In this document: positions 39,060-52,820 of the stretch, piece after piece
How the letters are laid out: the number at the start of each line of letters is the position of its first letter
How positions within the stretch are numbered: the stretch's first letter is position 1
From: Octopus vulgaris
Taxonomy: Eukaryota
Reading direction: 5' to 3'
Length of the DNA: 64,000 bases
Assembly: GCA_951406725.2 (NCBI GenBank)
Contig: OX597828.1
Location: 17,298,001 to 17,362,000 of the forward strand
Translations under genes and position numbers: made by a program
Notes under the pieces: model-generated
Seen by the model: the letters and a program-made list of their open reading frames with translations, nothing else
Told to the model about the DNA's origin: nothing
The model's database searches: none

Positions 39060-39330
39060 TAGAAATATCATTATTTCAAATTCTCTCTAAAGGAGACTTC
39101 ATCAGCGGTACTGGATATTAATAGTTATAGCGAAGCTAACATGGCAGTCCAGAAAAATAGGACGAATGCTGCCGTTGATTAGCTCCAAGAGGCCATCGCC
39201 TCTAGCTAGCTATGTCACACATAAACCTGTGTCCATTATAACCTTCGAACAGGTGGGGGTCAGCAGCTTCTTGCGGGTCTGGCATCCAGACTAGTTTCGA
39301 GGTAGTTGCCTCTTATCAATGCAAAACTCT
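39060..39330 (-). mobile_element. Third copy of the Penelope-like pLTR unit
   Basis: CTCTAAAGGAGA...GAATGCTGCCGTTGATTAGCTCCAAGAGG...ACCTTCGAACAGG matches 29750-29990. Confidence 0.75.
39285..39323 (-). ncRNA. Minimal hammerhead ribozyme, U3-A8 variant
   Basis: Minus strand: TGCA TTGATAA GAGG-caacta-CCTC GAAA CTAG TC TGGA; palindromic stem III ACTAGT, GUC triplet. Confidence 0.7.
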
Positions 39331-39527
39331 GGTGCAACATTATCAGCTGTGCTTGACCAAGAACAAGCTAGACTTACAAGGGGAAGTTTAATTTCTTTCC
39401 ATAATATTGACATTGACCTGGTCCCGCCTTCTGCTTGCAGAAACACCGGAATGAAACCCACCTCCACACTATTCAAAATTATCTGCCGCGATCTTAAACC
39501 AGACACTACTTACTCTATAATGTATAT

Positions 39528-39814
39528 GAGTGTTTCTCAACCATTTTTTGTACCTCTGGAACCATTTGGTTTACTCTTTTACTCGGCTGGACCTTCAAAG
39601 CCAGTCCATGTTTAAAGAATTCTATTCAATTTTTATCAATGAATATTATGAATTGCATATAATAAATTGTTAACATTTTTTTTTGGTCGACGTATAACCA
39701 ATTCACTGCACATAAATTTAAACAAAATATTGCATGGACCCCCAAAAGGTAATATGGGGCCCAAGGGCAAAATGGACCCACGAGAGTCATAGAGACCCTA
39801 GTTGAGAACTTCTG
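39528..39814. mobile_element. hAT-like MITE
   Basis: TIRs GAGTGTTTCTCAAC / GTTGAGAACTTCTG; 8-bp TSD ATGTATAT / ATGTACAT. Confidence 0.7.
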
Positions 39815-40584
39815 ATGTACATCTAGATGCACTATTTATGAAAATAACATTTTGAATGGATGGTCACAATGGGAAGCTTTTGATTGATTGTATATCCGTT
39901 CGAAGAGGGTTGACATGGAGCTATAGAACGAAAATAACGCCAGACTCAAGCTCATAAAGTCTACTAAAAGAGTTCGAAAAATGTGATCTTTAGCGCAAAA
40001 TTAATTTCGTTGGAGCTAAAAGCATATTATTTATTCGCTTTTAATAATAAGAAATGATGTAGCTTTCAGTGGTGAACTTTTGTTTTAAGATAAGTGAATT
40101 CGTCACATACTAATATCCTAAATAGCCTCTTTAAAAGAGAACTGAACAAAAACAAAAGATATGAAAGAAGAAAAACAATGAGGAAAAATAGAGTAAACAA
40201 CAATAGAAAGATATACGCCAGTGAAACAAAGACAATCACAAACAATTGCACAGCTATAACAAAGCTCGCTATGAAAAAGTGCTTATAGATGCACGCGTGT
40301 GCGTGTGACTGTGTGTGTGTGTTTGTGTGTGTGTTTTTATGTGTGCGTGTGAAAGAAAGAAAGAGAGGGATAGAGAGAGAGAGAGACAGTGTGTGTGTCT
40401 CTCAATAAACCATTATATATAAACATTTCCGGTCCTTTATTGATCGAGCGAGCTACTGCGGACAAAGACGAAATGGAAGGTGATGATGATGCTGATGATA
40501 ATAATAATAATGTTGATGAAGATGATGGTAATGTGATGATGGTGGCGCTGATGTAAAGTTTCTTAGTATGAGTTATTGTTCTAC

Positions 40585-40587
<3 letters not shown>

Positions 40588-40630
<43 letters not shown>

Positions 40631-40680
40631 CACACACACACATAAGTATGATTATGTATGTATGTATGTATGTATGTATG

Positions 40681-40714
<34 letters not shown>

Positions 40715-41231
40715 TATATATATATATACACACACACAGATAGAAGGATAGATAGGTAGGCAGATAGACAGATAGATAGATAGATACATGTGCATCAACA
40801 CACAAACATATATACCTATATAAAAATTTATACACATAGGTGTCTGTATATATGTGTATGTATAGTTGTAGATATGTATGTATACTTGTGTGTATATGTA
40901 TATATATATACTTTCAGTGAACGTAAAAATGATCTCGACTTCTAGGCGCCAATTAGTAAGTAAATTTAAAGACTGTTTTTTGTTTTGAGAAGAATATTTC
41001 AACTGTAGAGTCCATTTAGGCGCTGAGCTTAAGCATCAAAGATTTTTGTTTTCTTTTTTGGCATCCAGAAGCAATAACAAAATTGCTTCAGTTCAAGTAC
41101 AGACACTCACGCGCGCACACAAACTCTCTATCTCTCTCTCTCACACACACACACATACACATATGGATATACATGTGTAGACATGTATATATAAATACAT
41201 ACATACATATATATATAAATATATATATATG

Positions 41232-41270
<39 letters not shown>

Positions 41271-41346
41271 ATATACAAATGCATGTATATATACATATGC
41301 ATGTATATATACATGTGTGTATATATATATATGTGCATATATACAT

Positions 41347-41383
<37 letters not shown>

Positions 41384-41388
41384 TATTT

Positions 41389-41437
<49 letters not shown>

Positions 41438-41450
41438 TTACATACATACA
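40588..41450. repeat. (TA)n/(TATG)n/(CA)n microsatellite-rich block
   Basis: Seen directly. Confidence 0.85.
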
Positions 41451-42627
41451 AGGTAAACTACTTGAGCGAACTACCGACGGGTCCCATCCAGAAACAGAAA
41501 CGCATAGATAGAGAACATATATATATATATATCAACACACGTGTGAACACATGCAAATATGGACGTGTGTTTTTTATTGAGCTACACATAAAAAGAATGC
41601 GACTTTTAACTGAAGGATTCCTCAAAATTATTTAGAGGAATACATTTGACAATGACTTCGGAATATTTTATTGTAAATGTCAATATGTGTGTCTGTGCGT
41701 GTGCGTATTGTTGACGTCATAAAGATTTTATAAACTTTCGCGACAACTTGAATTAATTCTGTTTTTGGAACAGTGGATATCGAAGCTACACGCATAAATC
41801 TAAAATAAAAACCGTGTGAAGAGTGTGTCGCAGAACCTATTTGGATTTTTAAAATCGTAGGTGGAACGTCTATTAAAGCAACAGGACACAAGGGTTCGTG
41901 TCCCACGGACAGTATTCTATTTTTTCTTGGCAAGTGGGTTTTTCAATTCAAGATTTAGATAATTTTATTTATAGCTTTATAGGTTCAAATGCCACCGAGG
42001 TCGTCTTTGCTTTTTTATGTATTCAAGGTCGACAAAATAAGCACCAGCTAAGCACTGTAGTAATGTAACTGACTAGACCCCTCCCACTTGTCACCAATTT
42101 TGACTGATTGTACTGCTTAGCACATATTTTACTTGAAATAAAAGTTTAAAATTACTTAGAACCACAGGAAGCATATTTTCAGATACTGACTGGGGAGATA
42201 ACGGCCCCACAGCGAAGCTGAATCACTATGCTACACTAGTTTCGTTTGAAAATTATAAACTCGTCAGTATATAAATGTGTGTGTGTGCGTGTGTGTGTGT
42301 GTGTGTGTGTTCAATATGTGCAACCGTTAGTCCAGGGACGTGCTTTCTTTCCTCATTTTTTCTGGAGAAGTGCATAGGTATGAAACGTCAAAGATTCTTC
42401 CATTTTTCATGAGCGTCAAACTAATGCATCCTGTGTTTTCCCCTCACCTATCTCTAACATTTGTTTTTCGCTTTATTCTTTATAATCTTGAACCATATAC
42501 ATGCATATATATATATATGTATGTATATATATGTATAAATATACATATATGTGTGTATATATATATATATGTATATATGTGTGTATATATATATATATAT
42601 ATGTGTGTATATATATAAATATGTATC

Positions 42628-42666
<39 letters not shown>

Positions 42667-44803
42667 CGGCGTACGTACATATATATCTAAATTTTGTACG
42701 ACTCTCTTACTCTTTCTTTCAGCCCACTTCACACTTTCTACGTTCTCTCCCACTTTTCTTTTCCTCGCCCCCCCCCCCACTCTCTTACATTTCTTGGCTT
42801 TCTCTTCATTTTCACTTTCCCTCCTCTTGTACCTCACCCTGTCCCTTTCGTTTCTTTTTCTCTCTTTTTCTCTCTTTCTCGTCCTTCCCCAATTCTGCAA
42901 CCCGTTTGCCCTTACTTCTCTCCTCTACTTCTATGTGACTGGTGTTCCGCCAAGCTTGAAATTTGCTTCTTGGTTCGACTACCATCCTTTCCATGATTTT
43001 CTTCTTTTATGTCCCTTCCGTAAGGCTTCATTTCCATACATGCCAGCTTAATTCAATTCGTCCTTAGTCGAAAGACACCTGTTGTTATTGACCTGTTATT
43101 TGTATTTGTAATTGTGTTCCATTTCTCCGTTTTTCGTCCTTTTTTTCCTATACATTCGCTTGCTTTCTTCCAAGGAATCTAGGGCTGTTAGCTTATACTT
43201 TCCTGGGGCTGGCGAGATTGGAACAGTCTCGAGTGTAAGCGGCCGACACTGCTACAATGATCTAGAACTCGACTGGTGATAGGAAGCTCTGAATACTCCG
43301 TCCTTGTTTTTTCCTGTCCTTTTTTCGTATCAACTAACTGTCCGGATGTTCTGTTGTCGCCTGTTACGTTCTTTTGTTTTCTTTACATATATATATATAA
43401 ATATATATATATATAAATATATATATATATGTGTTTGTGTTTGAGTGTGTGTGTGTGTGTGCGTGCGTGCGTGAGTGTTTGTGTATGTATGTATGTATAT
43501 AGGTGTGTGTGTTTATTACCAGGGGCTGAACAAAAAGAACTCAACAAACTGAAAAATTTAACAAAAATATAACAAACAGAAAATTAAGCAAAACCAGAGT
43601 ACACGGAAAATTTGCAGCTGTTTCCTCGTCGTTTCGCGGATATATACGGTATATATACGATATATACGATATACATATATATATATGCATACATATATAC
43701 AGAGAAAGAGAAAGGGAGGGAAACAGAAAGTTACATGCACACTCACAAAGGCACGCATGTACATACTTACAATGAATTGAAGCTGGTTTGAAAAGAAGAT
43801 TCATTTTCTACTGAAAGTAAATGCTATCGACCATGGCATACTGCATCATAGAATACGAAGATGGATAATTACGTGTGATGCTAGATGGTGAAACAAAAAT
43901 AATTAGAGAGACAGACTGTGAAATATCATGTTTCATAGCATAGTCAAAATATAATTTATCGGGAAATGAGAGGAAGACAGCAATGCTCAAAGGTATCACT
44001 ACCAATCTCCGATGTCAGCGTTCATGTTCGAACCGGGGAAATCGAATATCGGCTGTGTCTTGGATATGTTTGAGAGACATACGAAGACTGTATGTCTGTG
44101 TGATGTATGCTTGTGTGTGAGTGTGTGTGTGTATGTGTGTGTGTGCTTGTGCATATTTTGTTATGCTAACTGTGAACGTATGCATGTGCGTATGAGTCTA
44201 TGTGTATGTATGCGTGTGTGCGTGTGCGAGTGTGTGCGTTTGTGTGTGTGTATTTATACACATCCATAAGTTTGTATTTACGTCTGTGTTAATATTTATT
44301 ATACACAGACATATTTATACACGCATATATTCGTATACATTTGTGTGTGTGCGCGCACGCATGTAGTTCTTTGTGTATATGTAAAGGCGCACGCACGCGC
44401 GAGTGTTCACGTCTTGTATTGACTTTCAAAATCTGACAAACGGTTTTGGTTTGTTTACGTCCCATAACCTAGAAGTTTCTAAAAAATCACAGGTTGACTA
44501 CACACGAGATATTTTGCCAGCACACACACACTCACACACACACGCACGCACACACACACACACACACACACACAAACATATATACTCGACTTTAAAACGC
44601 CCTCGCTTACAGGTCGCAGCTCTGACTACATAGTTCAAATCAGGAATTTTTCTATTGAATTAGCTATAAGTTACAGCGACACTTTTTTGATGCTGGAGAG
44701 CAAAGTTCGATTAGGAATGGCGCCGACATTGTCCTTGTTCGGTAACCTAGCTTTTAGTGAGTTGATAATGATTTACAACAACTGTTATCCCATTAAGACC
44801 ATA

Positions 44804-45232
44804 CAAGTAGCTTGCTAACGAACCACATGGTTCCGGGTTCAGTCCCACTGCGTGGCACCTTGGGCACGCGTCTTCTACTATAGCCTCGGGCCGACCAAAG
44901 CCTTGTGAGTGGATTTGGTAGACGGAAACTGAAAGAAGCCCGTCGTATGTATGTATATATATATATGTGTGTGTGTGTGTGAGAGAGAGAGAGATAGAGA
45001 GAGAGTGTGTATTTTTGTGTGTCTGTGTTTGTCCTCCCAACATAGCTTGACAACCGATGCTCATGTGTTTATGTCGCTGTAACTTAGCGGTTCGGCAAAA
45101 GAGACCGATAGAATAAGTACTAGGGTTACAAAGAATAAGTCCTGGGGTCGATTTGCTCGACTAAAGGCGGTGCTCCAACATGGCCACAGTCAAATGACTG
45201 AAACAAGCAAAAGAGTAAAAGAGAAAGAGAGT
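44804..45232 (+). mobile_element. SINE family A, young copy lacking the first ~20 nt
   Basis: Clean body and tail GGCGGTGCTCCAACATGGCCACAGTCAAATGACTGAAAC followed by (AAAAGAG)n. Confidence 0.9.
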
Positions 45233-45648
45233 AACGTAAAATGTAACCCTTGGTAACGCTAGTTGACTTGTTTATCGTATTGAGACTTAATCACCTCGAT
45301 ATGTTCCATTTACGTTTTAATTTATGTCTTTCATCGAATTAAAGAAAGAAAGGTACAGAAACAAACATGAGTTATACTCACTTTTTGAAAATCGGTTATT
45401 TTTTTCATACTAACAGAAGTAAAGAGATATATGAAGAAATATCAAAAGATCGTTCTCCGTGTACTTCTCGGCTTTGGAATTAGCTGTTCGGCCTTTTCCG
45501 ATTATTCTCAGTGTCGGAAATTCAGACGTGGCTTCTACCTACAAAACAACAGAAGATTTTTTTATAGGATTCGCTAATAAGTTGCTCCCGCAATTTATAA
45601 TAATAAGTATATAATATACTTATTATATACTACTTATATTATATACTG

Positions 45649-45714
<66 letters not shown>

Positions 45715-45938
45715 GTATCTACATAAATGATTTATCATATATTTTATTTCTTCTATATATGTTTTATGTCTATCATTATTTGAATTACATAATAGCGGTT
45801 TTTCTCTATTTTATATATATTATATATTTATATTGTGAAATTTGATTTAATACTAAATTGAATTTTTCCCTGTAAGTTTGGAGTTATACTCCCTATTTAT
45901 TTATATTATTATTACTATTATTATTATCATTATTATTG

Positions 45939-45975
<37 letters not shown>

Positions 45976-45979
45976 TATA

Positions 45980-46091
45980 TTGGCCTGCTCACTTAGCCAG
46001 CGGAGTGGCGTCATTCGAAGGCTAAAACAATGCGAACGCACTGTGACCAGCGATGTGTAACAACATCTGCTGGTCTGGTCGGTCACGTGAT

Positions 46092-46100
<9 letters not shown>
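45980..46100 (+). mobile_element. Orphan 3' tail (tail 2) inserted in (TA)n
   Basis: GCCTGCTCACTTAGCCAGC...AACATCTG...GGTCACGTGATA matches the tail of the 47058-47330 SINE. Confidence 0.65.
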
Positions 46101-46142
<42 letters not shown>

Positions 46143-46167
46143 TCATGACTTCCGTCATGAATGCCTA

Positions 46168-46290
46168 TAAGATCGCACCTAGAAAGTTCTCCTCTGAGGC
46201 ACAAGTCCAAGCAAGGTAACTTTGTGGAAGACAGATAGTCGCCAATGCATACCAACCTCCCCACTCCAAGCCGTCGATGTTATCCAAAGT
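46168..46290 (-). mobile_element. Probable RTE-type 5' UTR fragment
   Basis: GCATACCAACCTCCCCACTCCAAGCC..GATGTTATCCAA resembles RTE-derived 5' sequences (recalled similarity, not verified). Confidence 0.4.
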
Positions 46291-47057
46291 ATGCAACACA
46301 TATTAAAAATGTAAATGCTTATGTGATATCCGTGCATGGAACTCTTTAAAGTGAGGAGATAGCTTGCGTATTGCCAATCTCACTTTCTGAAAAGTGTATG
46401 CGTTTGCCCAGATAGAGCTGCTCTACATTATTGTATGTAAATGATGTCACGGCTGTAATATCACGTCTTTTTCTTCTCTTTTCTTCTTTGTTTTTTTCCT
46501 CTCTTAAACAGATATCGAAACAAAGTCTAGGGGTCCGTCACTCCCAGCTGATAGATTGCGGCTGACTATTAGGCTCATCTGCTCTCTGACAGATTTAGTT
46601 TTCCGGCATGATGTCTGGAGCGACATCTACCCCGTTACGGAGCAGGCTTTTTAGATGCTGGTTTAGTGTATCCAACTATCCATACATACACAAATTTGTA
46701 CATGCTACATGTGTGCATGTGTATGTATGTATGTATGTATGTATGCATGTATATTTGTATTTACGTATGTATGTACGTAAGTATGTATGTATGTATGTAT
46801 GTATGTATGTATACATGTATCTATCTATATATCCATACATACATGCACATAGTGGCTGAGTGTGCCGACCACCAAATATATTGTCAGAAATAAGAGTTAA
46901 AAAAGAGTTATTTCAAGCAACATAAGTGCTACCGGTCACCATCAGTCACAATTAGGGACAATTAAAATTTCCCTTTTGGGTTTTATATTGCGTATAGCTG
47001 CCCTCGTTGTGTTTTATACATACGTACTTAAAATGCATATATATATATATATATATA

Positions 47058-47330
47058 TCACCGTAACCGAACAGGCTATCAGATGTTGCTACGTATCGCT
47101 TGTCACAATGACGCCACCCAGCTGACTAAGCGAGCAGGCTAACAGAATAAAGAGCGAGAGAAAGTTGTGGCGAAAGAGTGCAGCATTAATCGCCACCACC
47201 TTCTACATGAGCCTCGTGTAGCTTTAGGTGTTTTCGCTCAATAAACTTTCACAACGCCCGGTCTGAGAATCGAAACCGCGGTCCTACGACTGCGAGTCCG
47301 CTGCCCTAACCACTGGGCCATTGCGCCTCC
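47058..47330 (-). mobile_element. SINE family B head and body with alternative tail 2
   Basis: Head matches 8190 and 57250, but the 3' part matches 45980-46100. Confidence 0.8.
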
Positions 47331-47584
47331 TCGAAACGTGGAGTAGTTGAAACAGGGGACAACTGATGAAGGGGAATATTTTTTATGTTGTTTATCTCGT
47401 TTCTCTTTATATTTTTTCGTTGTTCGAAAAAGGTTCGTTTCTATATTTTTGTATTTATGTTTTCGTTTCTCATTGAGTTTAACGTTTTTTTTTTTTATGT
47501 CCTGTACCCATATATGCATGTATATATACATATATATGTAGGTATGTACATATATGTATGCATATATTTATATAATATTTATAT

Positions 47585-47618
<34 letters not shown>

Positions 47619-47989
47619 GGTGAAATTTACAGAAAACAGAAGAGGAAGACAGGTGTAGGAGCAACAATGAGGTGTACTAGTTTAACGCTCGGGAAGAATG
47701 AAAATTTCTTCGTGAGAAAGAATTAAGAAGAGAACGAAGAGAGTAAAAAATGTGTAGAGATTTACGGTATGATGAAATGGCAGGGAGAGATATATATGTA
47801 TATTTGTGAGTCTGTCTGTATATGTGTGTGCGTGTGTGTGTGCATATGTATGTATGTACGTATGTATGTATGTATGTATGTATGTATGCATGTATGTGTG
47901 TATGTATGTATCAGTAGAATTATGGCAGAAAGTTAATTGTCCTTCATGCGAGGACAATGCGACCCACAAGAATGTAGATACATATGACA

Positions 47990-48205
47990 TATTCTTTCTA
48001 CTACAGGCACAAGGTCCAAAATATTTGAGGCAGGGGGAGTCGATTGTACCCACAGAAGTCCTTGACAGGTACTTAATTTATCGACCTTGCAATGATGAAA
48101 AGCATAGTCAACCTTCGCGGCATTTGAACTCGAAACATAAAAACATATGAAATAAATGGTGCTAAGAATTTTGTCGGACGTGCTAACGATTCCGACAGCT
48201 CACCG
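47990..48205 (-). mobile_element. SINE family D, old copy
   Basis: GGTACTTAATTTATCGACC...ATTTGAACTC...GCTAACGATTCCGACAGCTCACC. Confidence 0.7.
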
Positions 48206-49039
48206 AAGTAGATACATACGATATATAAAACGGCCGCAGATAGAAAAAGATGTAAAATGAAAACCTAAATGGAAGCTGTATTACAGGTGACGCTACAAAC
48301 GCATATCGAATATCCAAGTACACTATTAGGGTTAGAATAATCATATTTCTGGGCAGAGATGTACATATTCATGCACTGATCATTTCATGTAATCCCTCTT
48401 GTATATGTCGTCGTTTTCTTTACTGGAGATAAGTAATATTAAGCTGCAAAACACATGCTTCATTCACACTTCAGAATAGTAGAAGTCTCACTGAATTTAG
48501 AGCAAAATATAGAGTGTTAGTTAACTAGGCAATGATATTAACACTGTACATTTCCCGGGAGTTCTCTTCCCAGGGATGCTGATTATATACATTTTAATAG
48601 TTGATTCGGGTAAGACGAATATATGTGTATATATGCACACGCACAAAGGTGAGTATATACATTGCAAAACAATGTGGAGAAATAGTACTCGAATACCGAA
48701 GGTAGAGTATTGAGGAGAACATAAAACTCTGAGAAACAGCTTTGTGATAATTTTGTAGCTTTAATAAACGTTTATATATATATATGTGTGTGTGTTTTTG
48801 TGTATGTATGTGGATATATATGTATACACACACACACACACAGACACACATATATATATATGTCTGCGACGGGGAGAGAGAGAGAGAGAGTGAGTGAGAA
48901 GGATAGATAGATATAGTTACAGTTATCCGTGTATGTGTGTAATTGTGTGCTGCCTAAACACACACATGCACAAATACAAGCATACATGATACAAATAGAG
49001 AAGCACACTTACACAAACACACACACACACACACACTCA

Positions 49040-49274
49040 CACAGAAAGATATATAAATAGATAGATAGAGATAGATACATAGATAGATAAATAGATAGAT
49101 GAGTAGGTAGATATATATAGATAGATAGACAGATAGATAGATAGATAGATAGATAAATATATAGATGGGAGGGTAGATATATATATATATAGATAGATAT
49201 ATAAATAGATAGAAAGATAGATAGATGGGTAGGTAGATATATATAGAAAGATATATAGACAGATATATATATAT

Positions 49275-49325
<51 letters not shown>

Positions 49326-49334
49326 TAGATAGAT

Positions 49335-49409
<75 letters not shown>

Positions 49410-49628
49410 CATGTGCATAGTTTCTGTGTATGCAATACCCGGGTGTTTACATAAATATACTCTGCAAACATCATAATTACTATCTTAAGGTATGCAAAAT
49501 AATAGGGAAATTTGAAAACTTCACATTTTCTACCAACCTATTGGCTACATGCCATTACACATAGATTCTAACGACTCCTATCTACCCTCATTTCTACATC
49601 GTGCTTACCCACCTAATCTCGCTCCTCT

Positions 49629-49671
<43 letters not shown>

Positions 49672-49933
49672 TTCTCTTTCTTCTACTTATGCACTTCTTA
49701 TCGACGCTCATGAGTGTGTATGGTGTAAAAGCATATATGTATCTATATCTATATCTATATATATTTATATATACACACACATATATGTATTTATGTATGT
49801 ATGTATGTATGTATTTATATATATATAGGTATAGATATATAGATATGTAGGTATATGTGTGGGTGTGGGTGTGAGTGAATGTACATGTAATGGTAATGTA
49901 TATGCATATATATATACATAAATGTAAGTATAC

Positions 49934-49973
<40 letters not shown>

Positions 49974-49982
49974 GTGTATATG

Positions 49983-50013
<31 letters not shown>

Positions 50014-50036
50014 ATATACATGTGTATATGTATATG

Positions 50037-50067
<31 letters not shown>

Positions 50068-50073
50068 CATGTG

Positions 50074-50116
<43 letters not shown>

Positions 50117-50164
50117 GTGTATATGTATATGTATATTATTTATATATATATATATATACATGTG

Positions 50165-50207
<43 letters not shown>

Positions 50208-50480
50208 ACGAACGCTTTCACGCATATTCACACATTTTTATAAACATAGTCACACACATACACAGACACAACATATACGCATGCACGCGCACACAGACAC
50301 ACACACATATACGCATAAACGCACGTGCATACTTCCATTAATATACACATGCACACACATACATATATACCTATATTTCTCTCTCTCTCTCTCTCTATTT
50401 TATATATATATATATATATATATGCGTGTGTGTGCGTGTGTGTGTTTGTGTGTGTGTATGTGTGCGTTAGTGTGCAATGT
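49040..50480. repeat. (GATA)n and (TA)n/(TATG) compound microsatellite field
   Basis: Seen directly; includes a recurring TACATGTGTATATGTATA unit. Confidence 0.9.
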
Positions 50481-51435
50481 GCGTATGTTTGCCTCCGTTG
50501 TGGAACTGTTAAATAAACATGAACACATTCTAATATGTCATATATAAACTTACAGACAAAACAAAATGTCAGAAGCGTTTTCGCAGTTTTTCACTTAAAC
50601 TTGAAGAATGAACTAAGTTCGCAGTACATTGAATATTTCAGGGGTGGAAGGAAGAAATCTAGAGCAGCGTTAACAGAAAATGGTGCCATTGCTACTTGTT
50701 TTGAATATCTTGAATTCACAAAGGATAACCGACTATGAAATGAGTCAGTTAACAATATTCGGAATCGGCGTGTTTGCTTTGTTTATCTTTTCTTTCTTGT
50801 TGCTTTCTATTGTTTTTTAATGAGACAGAAAGGCGGGACAGTGCTGTCCCTCTGCAGGAGGCCATTTACTGTATTCTACGACAAGAACTGTAATCAGAAG
50901 AAAGGAGTCGTTTAAAATGATAAGATTTGGGTGTTGAACTGAACGATGAAACAGGGAGAGCATCGTGAATGTTAGCAATCCGAACTCACTCACCTGAGAC
51001 AATTGGCTACACTTTACTATCCACACACACACACACATACATACACACACACGCAGTGAATTCCGTGGCTCTCCAGCCCGGAACTGAAAATCCGCGATAG
51101 TCAATATTTTACCTTGCTTTTACGTATAACTAATCAATTTCGACATTATAGCATCTGCTTGTACTACATCCATTTTTTATCTGAAAGTCATCGACCATTC
51201 GAAACAGTTTGTAAATATATAAACTAATAACATCACATAAATAAAATTCAGAACTGATCATGTAAATACATACCTTACGAATGTAATCATTGAACGGTCG
51301 TACTGCCCGATGCTCGTATTTGAACATTCTTCTTGCCAACGACTTCTAAAAGATCTCAAATTTGTGATAATGTCTGATCGTTCTGAACACTACTTCGTGA
51401 TTATCTGTACAGCAATTACTAATGTATTACTAATG

Positions 51436-51487
<52 letters not shown>

Positions 51488-52634
51488 AAATATTAGGGAA
51501 TAAATCCAAAATTACAGGGAAAAATCAGATTTAGGATTGAATCCAATTTTATAGTAAAATATTATCTTTTATTAAACTTTTAATACTTTTGATATATATC
51601 TAAAATAATATAAATTAATTAATTTTATGTATTGGCTTAAGTTTTTCATTGTTTGATTTGCCTAATAGTGGTTTTATCTCTAATTTAATATAATATATAT
51701 AAATATATATATATATATCAATAAATATATTGTCAATATAATATAATTCTCTCCCTGATAGTAAACTGCAATTTTTTGCGGGATTACTCGTAACGCACCT
51801 GGGTGATTAGGAGAAGGTTCGAGCCCTAACTCGTCAGTATAAATTCGGAAGTACTGGCTTTTTGGATATAAATTTCGTTCAATGGCTCTTGGTCGAATAG
51901 ATATCTTGATTGCTAGTGCTCTCAAATTTATAATTGAAATACTATACTGATGTCGGAAATAAGGTATGAGTTATTTTACATATCTTTAATCCATTAATCC
52001 AGAAACGCGTATATAGTTAATCAAAGTCGAGTCGATTCGTTATTTTTTCTCTTTGTCTTTGTGAGTTGAGAGTATTGCTGTCTGGGAGATATCTTATGGT
52101 AGTGGAATAGTATTTAACTGCTATTTCTAAATTTCGGTTTGTGGTGAAGCAAATTTTGCTGAACCCTAATTATAATTATGCTTATAATTATGATAACTTT
52201 TGTGTATATATATATATATATATAATTTCGTTTCCGCATTGCGAAATTGATGATCGGATGTAGAATTCGATGTGCGTATGTTTCAGAACGAAGTGTTACC
52301 CGATTATAGAGCGGTAATAAAAAAGGGAGATGAACAAGAAATATATGATTATGGGTTTCATTAGCTTACAGCTGTTTTCGCTATATGTGTGTCTGTATAG
52401 AAACGGATGATAAAAGGACAGGAGCAACAGAATCACTTGTTTTATAGTTAGTACAGGTTATTTCTGTTCTGAATAGTTGTAAAACTACACCTGAGTCGCT
52501 TCTTAAGAGCCACTTGAATGATATGTTTCATTATCTCGGAAAGCTTACATACATACATAGAGACAGGCAGACACACAAACACACACATACGTATGTACAT
52601 ACAGATAAGTGAGACAGCTAAAAAGCTTTCCTGT

Positions 52635-52820
52635 TTTGACACAAGGCCAGAAATTTGGTGGGAGAGTGTAATGCGATTACTTCGACCCTAGTGATCTATC
52701 GACTCCGAAGGGACGAAAGGCAAAGTTGACCTCGGCAAAATTTGAACTGAGGACATAAAGACAGACGGCTGCCGCTAAACATTTTCCCGGTTTGTTAATG
52801 ATTCTGCCAGCTCACAGCCT
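52635..52820 (-). mobile_element. SINE family D
   Basis: GAAAGGCAAAGTTGACCTCGGC..ATTTGAACT...GATTCTGCCAGCTC. Confidence 0.75.

Noticed and set aside
40912-41100. Possible MITE with TACTTTCAGTGAA / TTCAGTTCAAGTA ends
   Set aside because: The inverted repeats are too degenerate to support a call.
49613-50547. Long I/Y/H/T-rich ORFs
   Set aside because: They are translations of (TA)n/(CA)n repeats; the same applies to similar ORFs throughout the window.
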